From contig CAVYGN010000001.1 of NCBI GenBank assembly GCA_963768055.1, positions 768,001 to 832,000 of the forward strand: DNA of 64,000 bases, in the 5' to 3' direction. The position numbers were made by a program, and so were the translations under genes. The notes beneath the pieces are model-generated. The model made no database searches, was not told the origin of the DNA, and saw only the letters and a list, made by a program, of their open reading frames with translations. This document shows, one piece after another, positions 1 to 9,486 of the stretch. Position 1 is the stretch's first letter; every line of letters starts with the position of its first letter. This DNA is from an uncultured Spirochaetota bacterium. GTDB lineage: Bacteria; Spirochaetota; Brevinematia; Brevinematales; JAOACQ01.

Positions 1-43
1 GCAATAAATCTGTTTATTTAACGTCATCATGAATAATGATATG

Positions 44-72
44 TTGACAACCATTGGAAAACAGGTTAAAAT
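44..72 (+). promoter_or_regulatory. sigma-70 promoter of the marR-ABC operon
   Basis: TTGACA (44-49), 17 nt spacer, TAAAAT (67-72). Confidence 0.75.
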
Positions 73-121
73 TATTTCGTATGCAAAATATTATAATGCG
101 AATAGTTTGTAAGCAAAATAT
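73..121. promoter_or_regulatory. candidate MarR operator(s)
   Basis: Imperfect palindromes TATTTCGTATGCAAAATA and AGTTTGTAAGCAAAATA immediately downstream of the -10, the usual site of MarR autoregulation. Confidence 0.5.
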
Positions 122-152
122 TTAGTAATTTATTGACGGGAGATGTTTTTTT

Positions 153-590
153 ATGAAGCCGACTGAAGAAAACCTTGATGTAATCAGGCTGCTTAAAGAA
201 GTAATGGTTTTTTTTAAGCATAATATGACTAAAGCCCTTGAGAACAGCGGCCTTACCGTTCCCCAGGGAATGCTTGTCGGCGTGCTTGGGAACCATGGAA
301 GGATGAGAATCCACGAGCTCGGCAGCAGGCTCAGTATGACTGACAGCACTGTATCGGGCGTCGTCGACAGGCTTGAAAAGCAGGGAATTGTAAAAAGGAC
401 AAGGAGCCGGGAAGATAAAAGAGTTGTATATGTCAGCGTTTCTCCGAATTTTGAAGAAAAGCAGCAGGAACTTCATGACTTTATGAATAAAGCAATCGAA
501 AACGTGATCAGCAAAGCCTCAGCCAGGGAACTCGATGAGGTAAGGCATGGCCTTAACGTGTTAAAACGGCTCATGGGCGGAACAGTATAA
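153..590 (+). CDS. MarR family transcriptional regulator
   Basis: 145 aa; LT.PQ, winged HTH (STVSGVVDRLEKQGIV) and the DKR wing motif. Confidence 0.95.
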   Translation: MKPTEENLDVIRLLKEVMVFFKHNMTKALENSGLTVPQGMLVGVLGNHGRMRIHELGSRLSMTDSTVSGVVDRLEKQGIVKRTRSREDKRVVYVSVSPNFEEKQQELHDFMNKAIENVISKASARELDEVRHGLNVLKRLMGGTV

Positions 591-621
591 TAGACAACTT
601 ATTAAATTGGAGTAAAATTCC

Positions 622-2352
622 GTGCTGAAATTAATGAAATATTTGAAACCATATACAATACCTGTAATAGCTGTGTTCGTTCTGGTTTTTCTCCAGGCGA
701 TCAGCGACCTATACCTGCCGACCCTTATGTCTGACATTGTGAACAAAGGGATTACCAACGGAGATACAAATTATATCCTGTCAACCGGCGGGCTGATGCT
801 GGCAGTCGCCCTGGGAGGATCCGTCTGCGCTGTTCTGGCGGCTTACTTTTCTGCGCATTCCGCTATGGGGCTTGGAGAAATTATCCGTGAAAAGCTCTTT
901 ACGCATATCACCACATTTTCCCTCCATGAATTCGACAAGGTCGGCACTCCTTCAATGATCACCCGTAACACTAATGACGTAACGCAAATCCAAAATGTCC
1001 TCGTTATCATGCTCCGGATGATGATAAGCGCGCCGATCATGTGCGTAGGCGGAATCATTATGGCCATATCCAAGGATCAGGGCCTGTCATGGGTAATTGT
1101 GGTTGTCATACCGGTCCTTGCCGGAACCATTGCTTTTGTAGCAATAAAAGGTTTTCCCCTTTTTCAATCCATTCAAAAGAAGGTTGATAAGATCAACCTG
1201 GTGATCCGGGAGGGATTAACCGGCATCCGGGTTATTCGCGCTTTCAACCGCTCAAGCGATGAGAAAGAGCGTTTCGAAGATGCGAATTCCGACCTGATGC
1301 AGACCTCCATCCAGGTTAACCGCCTGATGGCGGTCCTCATGCCCGTTATGATGCTGATGATGAATATTACGACCGTTGCGATAATCTGGGTGGGCAGCAT
1401 AAGGGTCAATATCGGCACTTCGAATATTGGCAATATGATGGCCTTTCTTCAGTATGCGATGCAGATCTTATTTTCATTGATCATGGCTTCCATAATGTTC
1501 ATTATGGTCCCGAGGGCGCAGGCTTCCGCGATAAGGATCAACGAGGTGCTGGCTATCGTTCCGGAAATAAAAGACACTGAAAGGCCGGAGGCAGTAAGTG
1601 ACCGGACAAAAGGCTATATCGAATTCCGGGACGTGACATTCAGCTACCATGGCGCCGAGGAGCCGGCTGTACGCAATGTCTCTTTCTCGGCTAAACCGGG
1701 CGAAGTCACCGCTATCATCGGAAGCACCGGCTCGGGAAAATCCACGCTGATCAATCTGATCCCCCGGTTTTATGACGCCGACAGCGGAAGTGTTTTAATA
1801 GACGGGGTCGATGTGCGGGATATGCCCCAGCTGGCGTTGAGGAACAGGATAGGATTTGTCCCTCAAAATGCGATTTTATTTACCGGGACCATAGCGGACA
1901 ATATCCGTTACGGAAAGGAAGACGCGAATGAAAAAGAAATTATAAAAGCGGCCCGGGTTGCCCAGGCGGAGGAATTCATCTGTGAAATGAAAGATGGATA
2001 CGATTCGTTCATATCCCAGGGGGGTATTAACGTATCCGGAGGCCAGAAACAGCGCCTTTCGATAGCGAGAGCCCTTATAAAAAAGCCCGAGATTTATGTT
2101 TTTGACGACAGCTTTTCAGCCCTTGACTTCAAGACTGACTCAAGGCTCAGGGCCGCCCTTAGAAAAGAAACCTCCCATTCGACAGTCATTATAGTCGGCC
2201 AGCGTGTAGCCACGATTATGGGCGCCGACCGCATTATTGTCCTGGACGAAGGCCGTATCGCCGGGCTCGGCACCCATAAAGAGCTTTATGAAAGCTGCGG
2301 CGTTTACCGCGAGATCGTAGCTTCACAACTTTCCGAAGAGGAGCTGGCATGA
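622..2352 (+). CDS. ABC exporter TMD-NBD subunit (TM287-like, degenerate site)
   Basis: Hydrophobic TMD; Walker A GSTGSGKS; signature SGGQKQR; Walker B VFDD and switch GQR (non-canonical). Confidence 0.95.
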   Translation: MLKLMKYLKPYTIPVIAVFVLVFLQAISDLYLPTLMSDIVNKGITNGDTNYILSTGGLMLAVALGGSVCAVLAAYFSAHSAMGLGEIIREKLFTHITTFSLHEFDKVGTPSMITRNTNDVTQIQNVLVIMLRMMISAPIMCVGGIIMAISKDQGLSWVIVVVIPVLAGTIAFVAIKGFPLFQSIQKKVDKINLVIREGLTGIRVIRAFNRSSDEKERFEDANSDLMQTSIQVNRLMAVLMPVMMLMMNITTVAIIWVGSIRVNIGTSNIGNMMAFLQYAMQILFSLIMASIMFIMVPRAQASAIRINEVLAIVPEIKDTERPEAVSDRTKGYIEFRDVTFSYHGAEEPAVRNVSFSAKPGEVTAIIGSTGSGKSTLINLIPRFYDADSGSVLIDGVDVRDMPQLALRNRIGFVPQNAILFTGTIADNIRYGKEDANEKEIIKAARVAQAEEFICEMKDGYDSFISQGGINVSGGQKQRLSIARALIKKPEIYVFDDSFSALDFKTDSRLRAALRKETSHSTVIIVGQRVATIMGADRIIVLDEGRIAGLGTHKELYESCGVYREIVASQLSEEELA

Positions 2353-4262
2353 GCGACAATAAAACGCAAAGACCGGCTGCGCAGCCCCGGGGCGGTTTCG
2401 GACGGGGCCCGGGAGGGGGCAGGGGAGGCTTTGGCGGCGGCATGTTCGGCCAGGGACCTGTCCAGAAGGCGAAGGATTTTTCAGGAACAACCCGACGGCT
2501 TTTAATATATTTAAGGCCATACAGGATACAGCTGATCATCGTTGCGATGTTCGCAGTTCTCAGCACGGTCTTCAACATCGCCGGGCCGAAAATTCTCGGG
2601 TTGGCAACGACAAAACTCTTTGACGGATTGATCGGAAAGTACGGAGCCTACCTGCTTCACAAGCCCGTGCCTTCGATCGACTTCATATACATAGGGCGGA
2701 TCATTATAATTCTAATCGGACTCTATCTTATTAGTGCCGTGTTCAGCTATATACAGCAGTATCAAATGGCCGGCCTGTCGCAGAAGACCGTTTACGATAT
2801 GCGGCGCGACTTAAACGACAAAATTTCCAGGCTTCCCCTGAAATTTTTTGACGGAAGGACCCATGGGGAAATTATGAGCCGTTTCACGAATGATATAGAT
2901 AATATAAGCACAACGCTCCAGCAGAGTCTAACCCAGCTTATAACGTCGGCATGCACCATTCTCGGAGTCCTTGTAATGATGCTGACGATCAGTCCCTGGC
3001 TTACATTGATAACTATCGTGACATTGCCGGTTTCCTTTATAATGACCGCCAATATAGCCAAAATGTCCCAGAAATACTTCGGCGCCCAGCAGAAGTCGCT
3101 GGGAGAACTGAACGGCCATGTGGAAGAAATGTTCACCGGGCATAAGATTGTAAAGGCTTTCGGTCATGAGAACAGATCCCTGCATGAATTCAAAACGATA
3201 AACGGAAGGTTCTACAACGCCGCATGGAAAGCGCAGTTCGTTTCGGGGATCATCTTCCCGATGATGAATTTTATTAACAATATCGGCTATGTGCTTGTAT
3301 GCGTCGTCGGGGGTATAATGGCGGCAAGAAAGGCATTAAAGATCGGCGATATCCAGGCCTTCATCCAGTATTCGCGTCAGTTTACTATGCCTATAGCCCA
3401 GACGGCAAATATCGCCAATGTTCTTCAATCGACAATTGCTTCCGCCGAACGTGTTTTTGAAATTCTGGACGAACCGGAAGAAATTCCCGAAAGTCCTTTC
3501 GCTAAACAGATAAAGGCGCCGAGGGGTGAAGTACGTTTCGAACATGTGAAATTCGGCTATAAAGAAGATGTTATTCTGATGGAAGACCTCAATATCGATG
3601 TCAGGCAGGGCCAGACAATAGCTATTGTCGGGCCGACAGGTGCAGGTAAGACTACGATGGTAAATCTGCTGATGCGCTTTTATGAACTCGATGGCGGGAA
3701 GATAACTGTCGACGGTGTTGATATCCGGGATTTAGAGCGGGGCAGACTGAGGACTATGTTCGGAATGGTTCTCCAGGATACATGGTTATTCAACGGTACG
3801 ATTAAAGAAAATATCGGTTATGGTCGTGAAGGCGCCAGCAACGATCAAATAATAGAGGCTGCAAAGGCCGCCCATGCCGACCATTTTATAAGGGCTCTCC
3901 CCGAAGGCTACGATACTATCCTGAATGAAGAAGCGTCGAACATATCCCAGGGAGAAAAACAGCTTCTCACGATCGCCCGTGCAATTCTCTCGGATCCGGC
4001 AATCCTTATCCTGGACGAAGCGACATCCAGCGTTGATACCAGGACCGAAGTTTTCATTCAGAAAGCCATGAAGTCTCTCAGAGAAGGCCGGACCAGCTTT
4101 GTGATCGCTCACCGCCTTTCAACCATCCGGGACGCCGAATTGATACTGGTCATGAACCATGGGAACATCATTGAAATGGGAAATCACAAAGAACTGCTGG
4201 ATAAAGGGGGTTTCTATGCCGATCTGTATAACAGCCAGTTTACAGGGGCCTATGTAGAGTAA
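2349..4262 (+). CDS. ABC exporter TMD-NBD subunit (TM288-like, consensus site)
   Basis: Walker A GPTGAGKT; signature SQGEKQ; ILDE; AHR; 4-nt overlap with the upstream gene. Confidence 0.95.
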   Translation: MSDNKTQRPAAQPRGGFGRGPGGGRGGFGGGMFGQGPVQKAKDFSGTTRRLLIYLRPYRIQLIIVAMFAVLSTVFNIAGPKILGLATTKLFDGLIGKYGAYLLHKPVPSIDFIYIGRIIIILIGLYLISAVFSYIQQYQMAGLSQKTVYDMRRDLNDKISRLPLKFFDGRTHGEIMSRFTNDIDNISTTLQQSLTQLITSACTILGVLVMMLTISPWLTLITIVTLPVSFIMTANIAKMSQKYFGAQQKSLGELNGHVEEMFTGHKIVKAFGHENRSLHEFKTINGRFYNAAWKAQFVSGIIFPMMNFINNIGYVLVCVVGGIMAARKALKIGDIQAFIQYSRQFTMPIAQTANIANVLQSTIASAERVFEILDEPEEIPESPFAKQIKAPRGEVRFEHVKFGYKEDVILMEDLNIDVRQGQTIAIVGPTGAGKTTMVNLLMRFYELDGGKITVDGVDIRDLERGRLRTMFGMVLQDTWLFNGTIKENIGYGREGASNDQIIEAAKAAHADHFIRALPEGYDTILNEEASNISQGEKQLLTIARAILSDPAILILDEATSSVDTRTEVFIQKAMKSLREGRTSFVIAHRLSTIRDAELILVMNHGNIIEMGNHKELLDKGGFYADLYNSQFTGAYVE

Positions 4263-4316
4263 ATTATTTTAAATTGAATATAAAGAGATAAAAATAAAAA
4301 ATAAGGAAGAAGAACA

Positions 4317-5222
4317 ATGCCAACAAAAACAAAAACTGACGAAAGGAAAAAACCTGTGCAACTGGGAGCGATCATTTTAGCAGTTATCCTGATTGTCGGG
4401 GGAGGTTTCGGCATCTACTGGCTGAGCGATGTTATAAATTATGTAAGTACCGACGACGCCGCGATCGATTGCGACCATGTGGCCGTCAGTTCGAAAATAC
4501 TCGGCCGTATTCAAAGCCTGAATGTGGCGGAAAGAGACAAAGTGCATATCGGCCAGCTGCTTGTTCAGCTCGACAATTCGGATATAATCGCCCAGGAATC
4601 TCAGGCCCTTGCCTCCCTTAAATATTCCAGGCAAAACCTTGTACTTGAAAAAGTCAATCTTGACCATGCCCAGGACGATTTTATACGCGCCAAAGCCTTG
4701 TTTAACAGCGGGGTGGATACTAAAGAGCAGTATAATCACGCCTCAAAGTCCCAGGAAACAGCCGCTGTTCAGTATGAGATCGCACAATCCCAGGTGGATA
4801 CAGCTCTGGCGCAGCTCGGCGTAATTCAAACCCAGCTTTCAAACACGAAGATCATTGCGCCGATTGACGGTAGCGTCGCCAAACTTAACTATATTCAGGG
4901 CGACGTCGTGCAGCCGGGACAGTCGATCTTCACTATTAACAACCTTAGTAAAGTCTGGGTAACAGCCAATTTCGAGGAAACTAAAGTCCGCCGTATACAT
5001 ATTGGAGCTGAAGCTGAAATTTCAATTGACGCTTATCCCGGAAGATCTTTTAAAGGCAGGGTTTCGAGGATAGCGGCAGGTATAGTGCCGCCATCTTTTT
5101 CGATCGGAGATTTTACAAAGACAACGCAGCGTATACCGATAACTATAGAATTTGAAAAGATACCTGATACACTAGTGGCATTGCCGGGAATGTCGGTCGA
5201 GGTTAAAATTAAATCCAGATAG
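4317..5222 (+). CDS. EmrA/HlyD family periplasmic adaptor (membrane fusion protein)
   Basis: N-terminal TM; STDDA; lipoyl halves (IIAPIDG); WVTANFEET; FTKTTQRIPI. Confidence 0.92.
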   Translation: MPTKTKTDERKKPVQLGAIILAVILIVGGGFGIYWLSDVINYVSTDDAAIDCDHVAVSSKILGRIQSLNVAERDKVHIGQLLVQLDNSDIIAQESQALASLKYSRQNLVLEKVNLDHAQDDFIRAKALFNSGVDTKEQYNHASKSQETAAVQYEIAQSQVDTALAQLGVIQTQLSNTKIIAPIDGSVAKLNYIQGDVVQPGQSIFTINNLSKVWVTANFEETKVRRIHIGAEAEISIDAYPGRSFKGRVSRIAAGIVPPSFSIGDFTKTTQRIPITIEFEKIPDTLVALPGMSVEVKIKSR

Positions 5223-5248
5223 GACGACCAGATCAATATACATCCGTT

Positions 5249-5505
5249 ATGAAGTTGATTTTTTACTGTGCTTATTCGTAAGCTTAAGTGCCCGTAGGGT
5301 ATGAACTGCATGGCTTCAGAACTCACGGCTTTAGCTGGCAGTAATGTCATTTCGAGGATAACAGCCCTAAAGGGGCTGTATGACGAGAAATCCACCTTCG
5401 AAGAAGATTTCTCCCGATCTGCCGGGTCGGGATAAACCCTTTCAGGATAAACACTGCGTTCGAAATGACAATCCTTTCATAATGCGAGATAAAAATTGAC
5501 CTCAT
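5249..5505. repeat. MITE-like palindromic element, family A
   Basis: Imperfect terminal inverted repeats ATGAAGTTGATTTTT / AAAAATTGACCTCAT; related arms at 60925-61167 and 63362-63432. Confidence 0.7.
5345..5470. repeat. nested multi-hairpin REP-like element
   Basis: Perfect 11-bp IR TGTCATTTCGA/TCGAAATGACA enclosing the stems ACAGCCC/GGGCTGT, GAGAAATC/GATTTCTC and TCCCGA/TCGGGA. Confidence 0.75.
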
Positions 5506-5515
5506 AAAAAAACAA

Positions 5516-6496
5516 TTATTGTTTTGAATCAGCGGGAAAAGACTGCTGACTGTCGACTTCCGGCTTTGGACTACCGATTTTTATGAACCAGGGAATTATT
5601 TTCGATGTTTCTTTTTGATAAATTGAATATTCGCTGTATTTGCGGCTTGAAATGGATTCCGTGAGTACGGTCGATCCCTGGAACAAAAGGGTGAGAAGAA
5701 CAGCTCCGGCGCAGCTCCAGTTGAGCCAGATGCCCGACGCCGAGCAGCCTAGAAAATAAACCGTCCACCAGATGCATATCTCTGCAAAATAATTGGGGTG
5801 CCTGGAATATCTGAAAAGGCCATGAGTGAGAAATCCCCGGGAAATGTCTCCTTCCGCTTTGGCGGCTGATCCGGCCGCCGCTTTTTTATCCTGTTGAAAG
5901 TTCCATTGCTGCTGATCGGCTATTGTTTCAATGACAAGGAATGCAAGGAATAAAATCGAAAAAAAGATATCGATATTTTCGGGAGGTTTGCCCCTGTTAA
6001 TGTAAATAATATAAACGGGCAGCGAAAAGAGCAGTATAAGGATATGCTGGTAAAAAGATATGAAAAACAGATTAAACAATTGCCATAAGGTTTTGTTCCT
6101 TACAATCTTGCGCAGCTCGGCCCACCGGTAATCTTCCTTGTCTGAATATCCTCCCTTTCTTGCAAAGTTATAAGTTAGCCGCGCACCCCATAAGGTTACA
6201 AGTACAGCGGCAAAAATAAGGCGGATATCGGGCCAGCCATGCCAGGCAAGTATCCAGACATAAATTACCGGTGTAATACTCCAGAACCTGTCCACCCAGG
6301 AATAATCGTTAGTTGCAAAGCCCATCAGGAAGCTTGTTATCCCAAAAGTGCCGGCTGTAATGATAAGTATGTACATTGGTTCGCCGCTGCAAACGAAGAC
6401 TAAAGGATGGCCTCCTGAAAAGACAGCCATCAAAGCTAAAGCAATTAGAACTGTTAATATCGAGAATAAAGCTAATTTAATTTGAAGGCTCCTCAC
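5516..6496 (-). CDS. DUF1295 family membrane protein (steroid 5-alpha-reductase-like)
   Basis: YSWVDRFWS, W.ARLT.NF.R, EDYRW, ET.ADQQQW.F, GLFRYSRHPNYF; start uncertain. Confidence 0.9.
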   Translation of the reverse strand: MRSLQIKLALFSILTVLIALALMAVFSGGHPLVFVCSGEPMYILIITAGTFGITSFLMGFATNDYSWVDRFWSITPVIYVWILAWHGWPDIRLIFAAVLVTLWGARLTYNFARKGGYSDKEDYRWAELRKIVRNKTLWQLFNLFFISFYQHILILLFSLPVYIIYINRGKPPENIDIFFSILFLAFLVIETIADQQQWNFQQDKKAAAGSAAKAEGDISRGFLTHGLFRYSRHPNYFAEICIWWTVYFLGCSASGIWLNWSCAGAVLLTLLFQGSTVLTESISSRKYSEYSIYQKETSKIIPWFIKIGSPKPEVDSQQSFPADSKQ

Positions 6497-6517
6497 CGAG
6501 TATCGAATGGGCCCAAC

Positions 6518-6591
6518 CTTGCCGCCCTTGTGCCGACTTGCTCGGCGTGAAAAGGCTATGTCCTGTAAGGAGGTTATTAGAAGGGCCCTTA
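6518..6591 (-). repeat. partial copy of repeat family B
   Basis: 6518-6556 is the exact 39-bp reverse complement of 60768-60806; 6573-6591 matches the terminal repeat TAAGGGCACTTCTAAAAAC at 17/19. Confidence 0.85.
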
Positions 6592-6777
6592 AATCATATT
6601 ATATGATTCTTTGAAATATATAACAATAGAATGGCCGTTTATCTTTCGCAGAACGGAAGGCGGTTTTTCCTGTAATGGTGATCCCTGCATTCCTTGCAAT
6701 TCCCATGCCTTGGGCATTTATTTTTCAGGCAGGGGCAATCCCGGCGGTTTTCTGATGTACTCATTAATTTTCCAGAA

Positions 6778-7641
6778 TTATTTTTTATTCGCGGCTGAAA
6801 TGTTTGAAATCCCTGCAAGCTCGATCAAGCTTACCGTATTTTTCAGCCTGACCAGAAGCCTTCTGGGGGAGTCCTCCACCCAGAATAGCATTTCCTTCCT
6901 GTAAGGCTCTATAAGCCGGCCTAAAAAAGGATCGGTGGAAAGAAGACCGACTTTATCCGTATGGAAATCTCCCGACAGGGTATGAAGAGTCTCATGACCC
7001 ATATTTACCAGCGAAACCGGGATAGGTTCTTTAAGAATCTCGGGAACAACAAAGAAGAATATTCCCGATTTCCCTGTTTCCATGAACCTCAGCGCAAAGA
7101 AGGACCCTGATATGGAGTCCCAGGCAGGAAAACCCGGCCTTATTTTGATCCTGCTTTGTCGGCTTTTGACTTCATATCCGTTCCAGTTTTTATTTTCATA
7201 ATCTATCCACCCATTTTCAGGATTAAGGCGGTAATGCCATTCAACGAGGCCTTTATAACCGGCGGGGGCATTTTCCTCCCTGTTGGTTCCATAGCCGCCA
7301 GATGATTCAAGCAGGGTCGCCGATCTCAGATCGATCCGGAAAAACATATTATAATTCGTGTATGAATCGGGCAGCTTTTTAGGCCGGGAAACCCTTATGC
7401 CTTCTTCATATACAAAAGCCTCTCCGCCTTCCGGGGGGATAATGCTTACAAAATAGATATCCATATTCTTTTCCCCGCCGATATACTGGATATAATGAAG
7501 GAATTCACCGCTGGGAACAGAAAGATTTTTCGCCGGTTTCATCGGGATCATCGTTACTTTTCCGGCCATGGGAAAAGCAATCGCAACAAAAAATAATATA
7601 AAATTAATAATAGCCGGTCCGGCCCGGTAAAATCCGTTCAT
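6778..7641 (-). CDS. hypothetical exported protein, paralog of 25074-25946
   Basis: 287 aa with N-terminal hydrophobic segment; shares GEFLHY, WHY.L, PEI.KEP, DPFL.RL, VEDS.RRL and ISNI with the paralog. Confidence 0.85.
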   Translation of the reverse strand: MNGFYRAGPAIINFILFFVAIAFPMAGKVTMIPMKPAKNLSVPSGEFLHYIQYIGGEKNMDIYFVSIIPPEGGEAFVYEEGIRVSRPKKLPDSYTNYNMFFRIDLRSATLLESSGGYGTNREENAPAGYKGLVEWHYRLNPENGWIDYENKNWNGYEVKSRQSRIKIRPGFPAWDSISGSFFALRFMETGKSGIFFFVVPEILKEPIPVSLVNMGHETLHTLSGDFHTDKVGLLSTDPFLGRLIEPYRKEMLFWVEDSPRRLLVRLKNTVSLIELAGISNISAANKK

Positions 7642-7736
7642 TGAACTTTCCCTTATTTTTTATGTCATTATAGCTTGAAGAAATAGATATGGCAATAGAA
7701 AACGAGTTGGGAATTTGGGGGTTTTAAACGAGATCT

Positions 7737-8765
7737 TCACTTATCCGGATACGCGGCCCATTTCTCTTCAACTGACTTAATATACCTGACCTTTTCAGAT
7801 TCCTTCAGGAAACATGCGTTGAACCCGTTTATTATGATGCTTTTAATTTCTTCAAACGTAAAATTCAGTTTGCTGTAAAGATTCCAATATTCGTCTATGG
7901 TGCTGACGTGGAAAAAAGTAGGGTCGTCTGTATTGATCGTAATGATGACTCCCCTATCGTACAGTTCCCTTACAGGGTGGTCCTCGATTTTCTTGACGAT
8001 TTTTTTTGTAAATACGTTGCTTGTAATGCAAATTTCAAGGGGTATTTTATTTTCTTTGAGATATTCTATAAGCTTGTCATCCTGGATGGCTGTTATGCCG
8101 TGTCCGATCCTTTCGGCATGGAGCATCAGCAGGGAGTCCCAGATGGATTTAGGGCCCTCATCCTCACCGGCGTGAGCCACCGTATGCAAACCTTTCTTAC
8201 GGGCTTCCTCGAATATTTTTTTGAAATTTTTCGCCGGCCCTTTTAACTCGTCCCCGCCCAGGCCAATACCTATAATATAATCGTTTTTGAAGGACATTGC
8301 GAGCTCAAGGTTATGAGCGGCATTCTCAACGCCGAAAGTACGCGAGATGTCAATAATGATGCGGATGGTTATTCCGCGGACCAATTTGATCTCATCTATT
8401 TTTCTGGTAATTACCGACATTATTTCATCAAATTTCATTCCTTTCTGGATGAACATTGAGGGAGCGAAAAAAAGCTCGCAGTAGACGATATTATTCATTG
8501 ATAGATAATTGGCCGCATCGTCGAACAAGGTTTCGAAATCGGAAGGCATTTCGAAAAGGTTTTGTATTGTAAGAAAAGAATGGATGAAATCCTTTAAGCT
8601 GTTGTAGGAGAATAATTTGTTAAGGTCCAATGGGCTCTTTCCGGTTTTATGCTTCCTGGTTAGGAATTTATTTACTGTGTCGATACTGATCATACCTTCC
8701 GCATGGAGATGAATTTCGGATTTGGGTATCGATTTTATAAACGAATAAAATCCGTCTTTTGTCAT
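7737..8765 (-). CDS. add: adenosine/adenine deaminase
   Basis: PKSEIHLHAEG, HAGE, ERIGHG, INTDDP. Confidence 0.93.
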   Translation of the reverse strand: MTKDGFYSFIKSIPKSEIHLHAEGMISIDTVNKFLTRKHKTGKSPLDLNKLFSYNSLKDFIHSFLTIQNLFEMPSDFETLFDDAANYLSMNNIVYCELFFAPSMFIQKGMKFDEIMSVITRKIDEIKLVRGITIRIIIDISRTFGVENAAHNLELAMSFKNDYIIGIGLGGDELKGPAKNFKKIFEEARKKGLHTVAHAGEDEGPKSIWDSLLMLHAERIGHGITAIQDDKLIEYLKENKIPLEICITSNVFTKKIVKKIEDHPVRELYDRGVIITINTDDPTFFHVSTIDEYWNLYSKLNFTFEEIKSIIINGFNACFLKESEKVRYIKSVEEKWAAYPDK

Positions 8766-8865
8766 AAATGGTTCTCCTGTGAAAATGATTGTGCGAATTC
8801 AGCACAGTTAAGCTTATATATTAATCGGAAGATATTGTTATTAAATAAAATAGATATTGTCAGTC

Positions 8866-9477
8866 TTAGATTTTTTTAAAAGAAAGGTAATTTATATCGC
8901 GAAACGGACTCATTTTTCTGTAAAACAATGTCGGGAAACCATCGTAAATATTTTCTTCGATCAAATTTCTATAATTATTTTCAAGCCGCGGGAAATCAGA
9001 GAGAAGTTTTCCGGCGTATTCGGCGTATTCCCTTACATCGGTTACAAAATTAATTATTCCTCCTTTTTTCAATATCCGGATAGATTGAATCAAAAATGAG
9101 GGTTTCATGATTCTGTTTTTCCATTGTCTTATTCGAAGCCATGGATCAGGAAAATTTATATGAATTTCGTCGACTGTATTCTCAGGAAAAAGGAGTTTAA
9201 GGGCCAGCTCGCCGTCGCTGTCCAGAACACGGTAATTATTAATATTCCTTTTGACAAGCCTTTCGGAGGTTTTGTTGGCCCTTTTTCTTGATATCTCTAT
9301 GCCGATAAAGAAAAAGCCGGGATTTGACGCAGACCTTTCTATCAGAAAATCTCCATGCCCGCATCCCATATCGATAACGGTATAACGGCCTTCAAGTATA
9401 GAATGAAAATTACTTATAGATTTTTCATCATACTTGCTTACTTCATTAACTATTACAGGAAAAGTGTTTTTCTGCAC
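8866..9477 (-). CDS. trmB: tRNA (guanine-N7)-methyltransferase
   Basis: DMGCGHG SAM motif, GIEI, NFPDPW, FVTD. Confidence 0.9.
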   Translation of the reverse strand: MQKNTFPVIVNEVSKYDEKSISNFHSILEGRYTVIDMGCGHGDFLIERSASNPGFFFIGIEISRKRANKTSERLVKRNINNYRVLDSDGELALKLLFPENTVDEIHINFPDPWLRIRQWKNRIMKPSFLIQSIRILKKGGIINFVTDVREYAEYAGKLLSDFPRLENNYRNLIEENIYDGFPTLFYRKMSPFRDINYLSFKKI

Positions 9478-9486
9478 TAAGAAACC

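Noticed and set aside
2385..2450. G-rich stretch as a regulatory G-quadruplex or repeat
   Set aside because: Explained by the Gly/Arg-rich N-terminus commonly found on this ABC subunit type.
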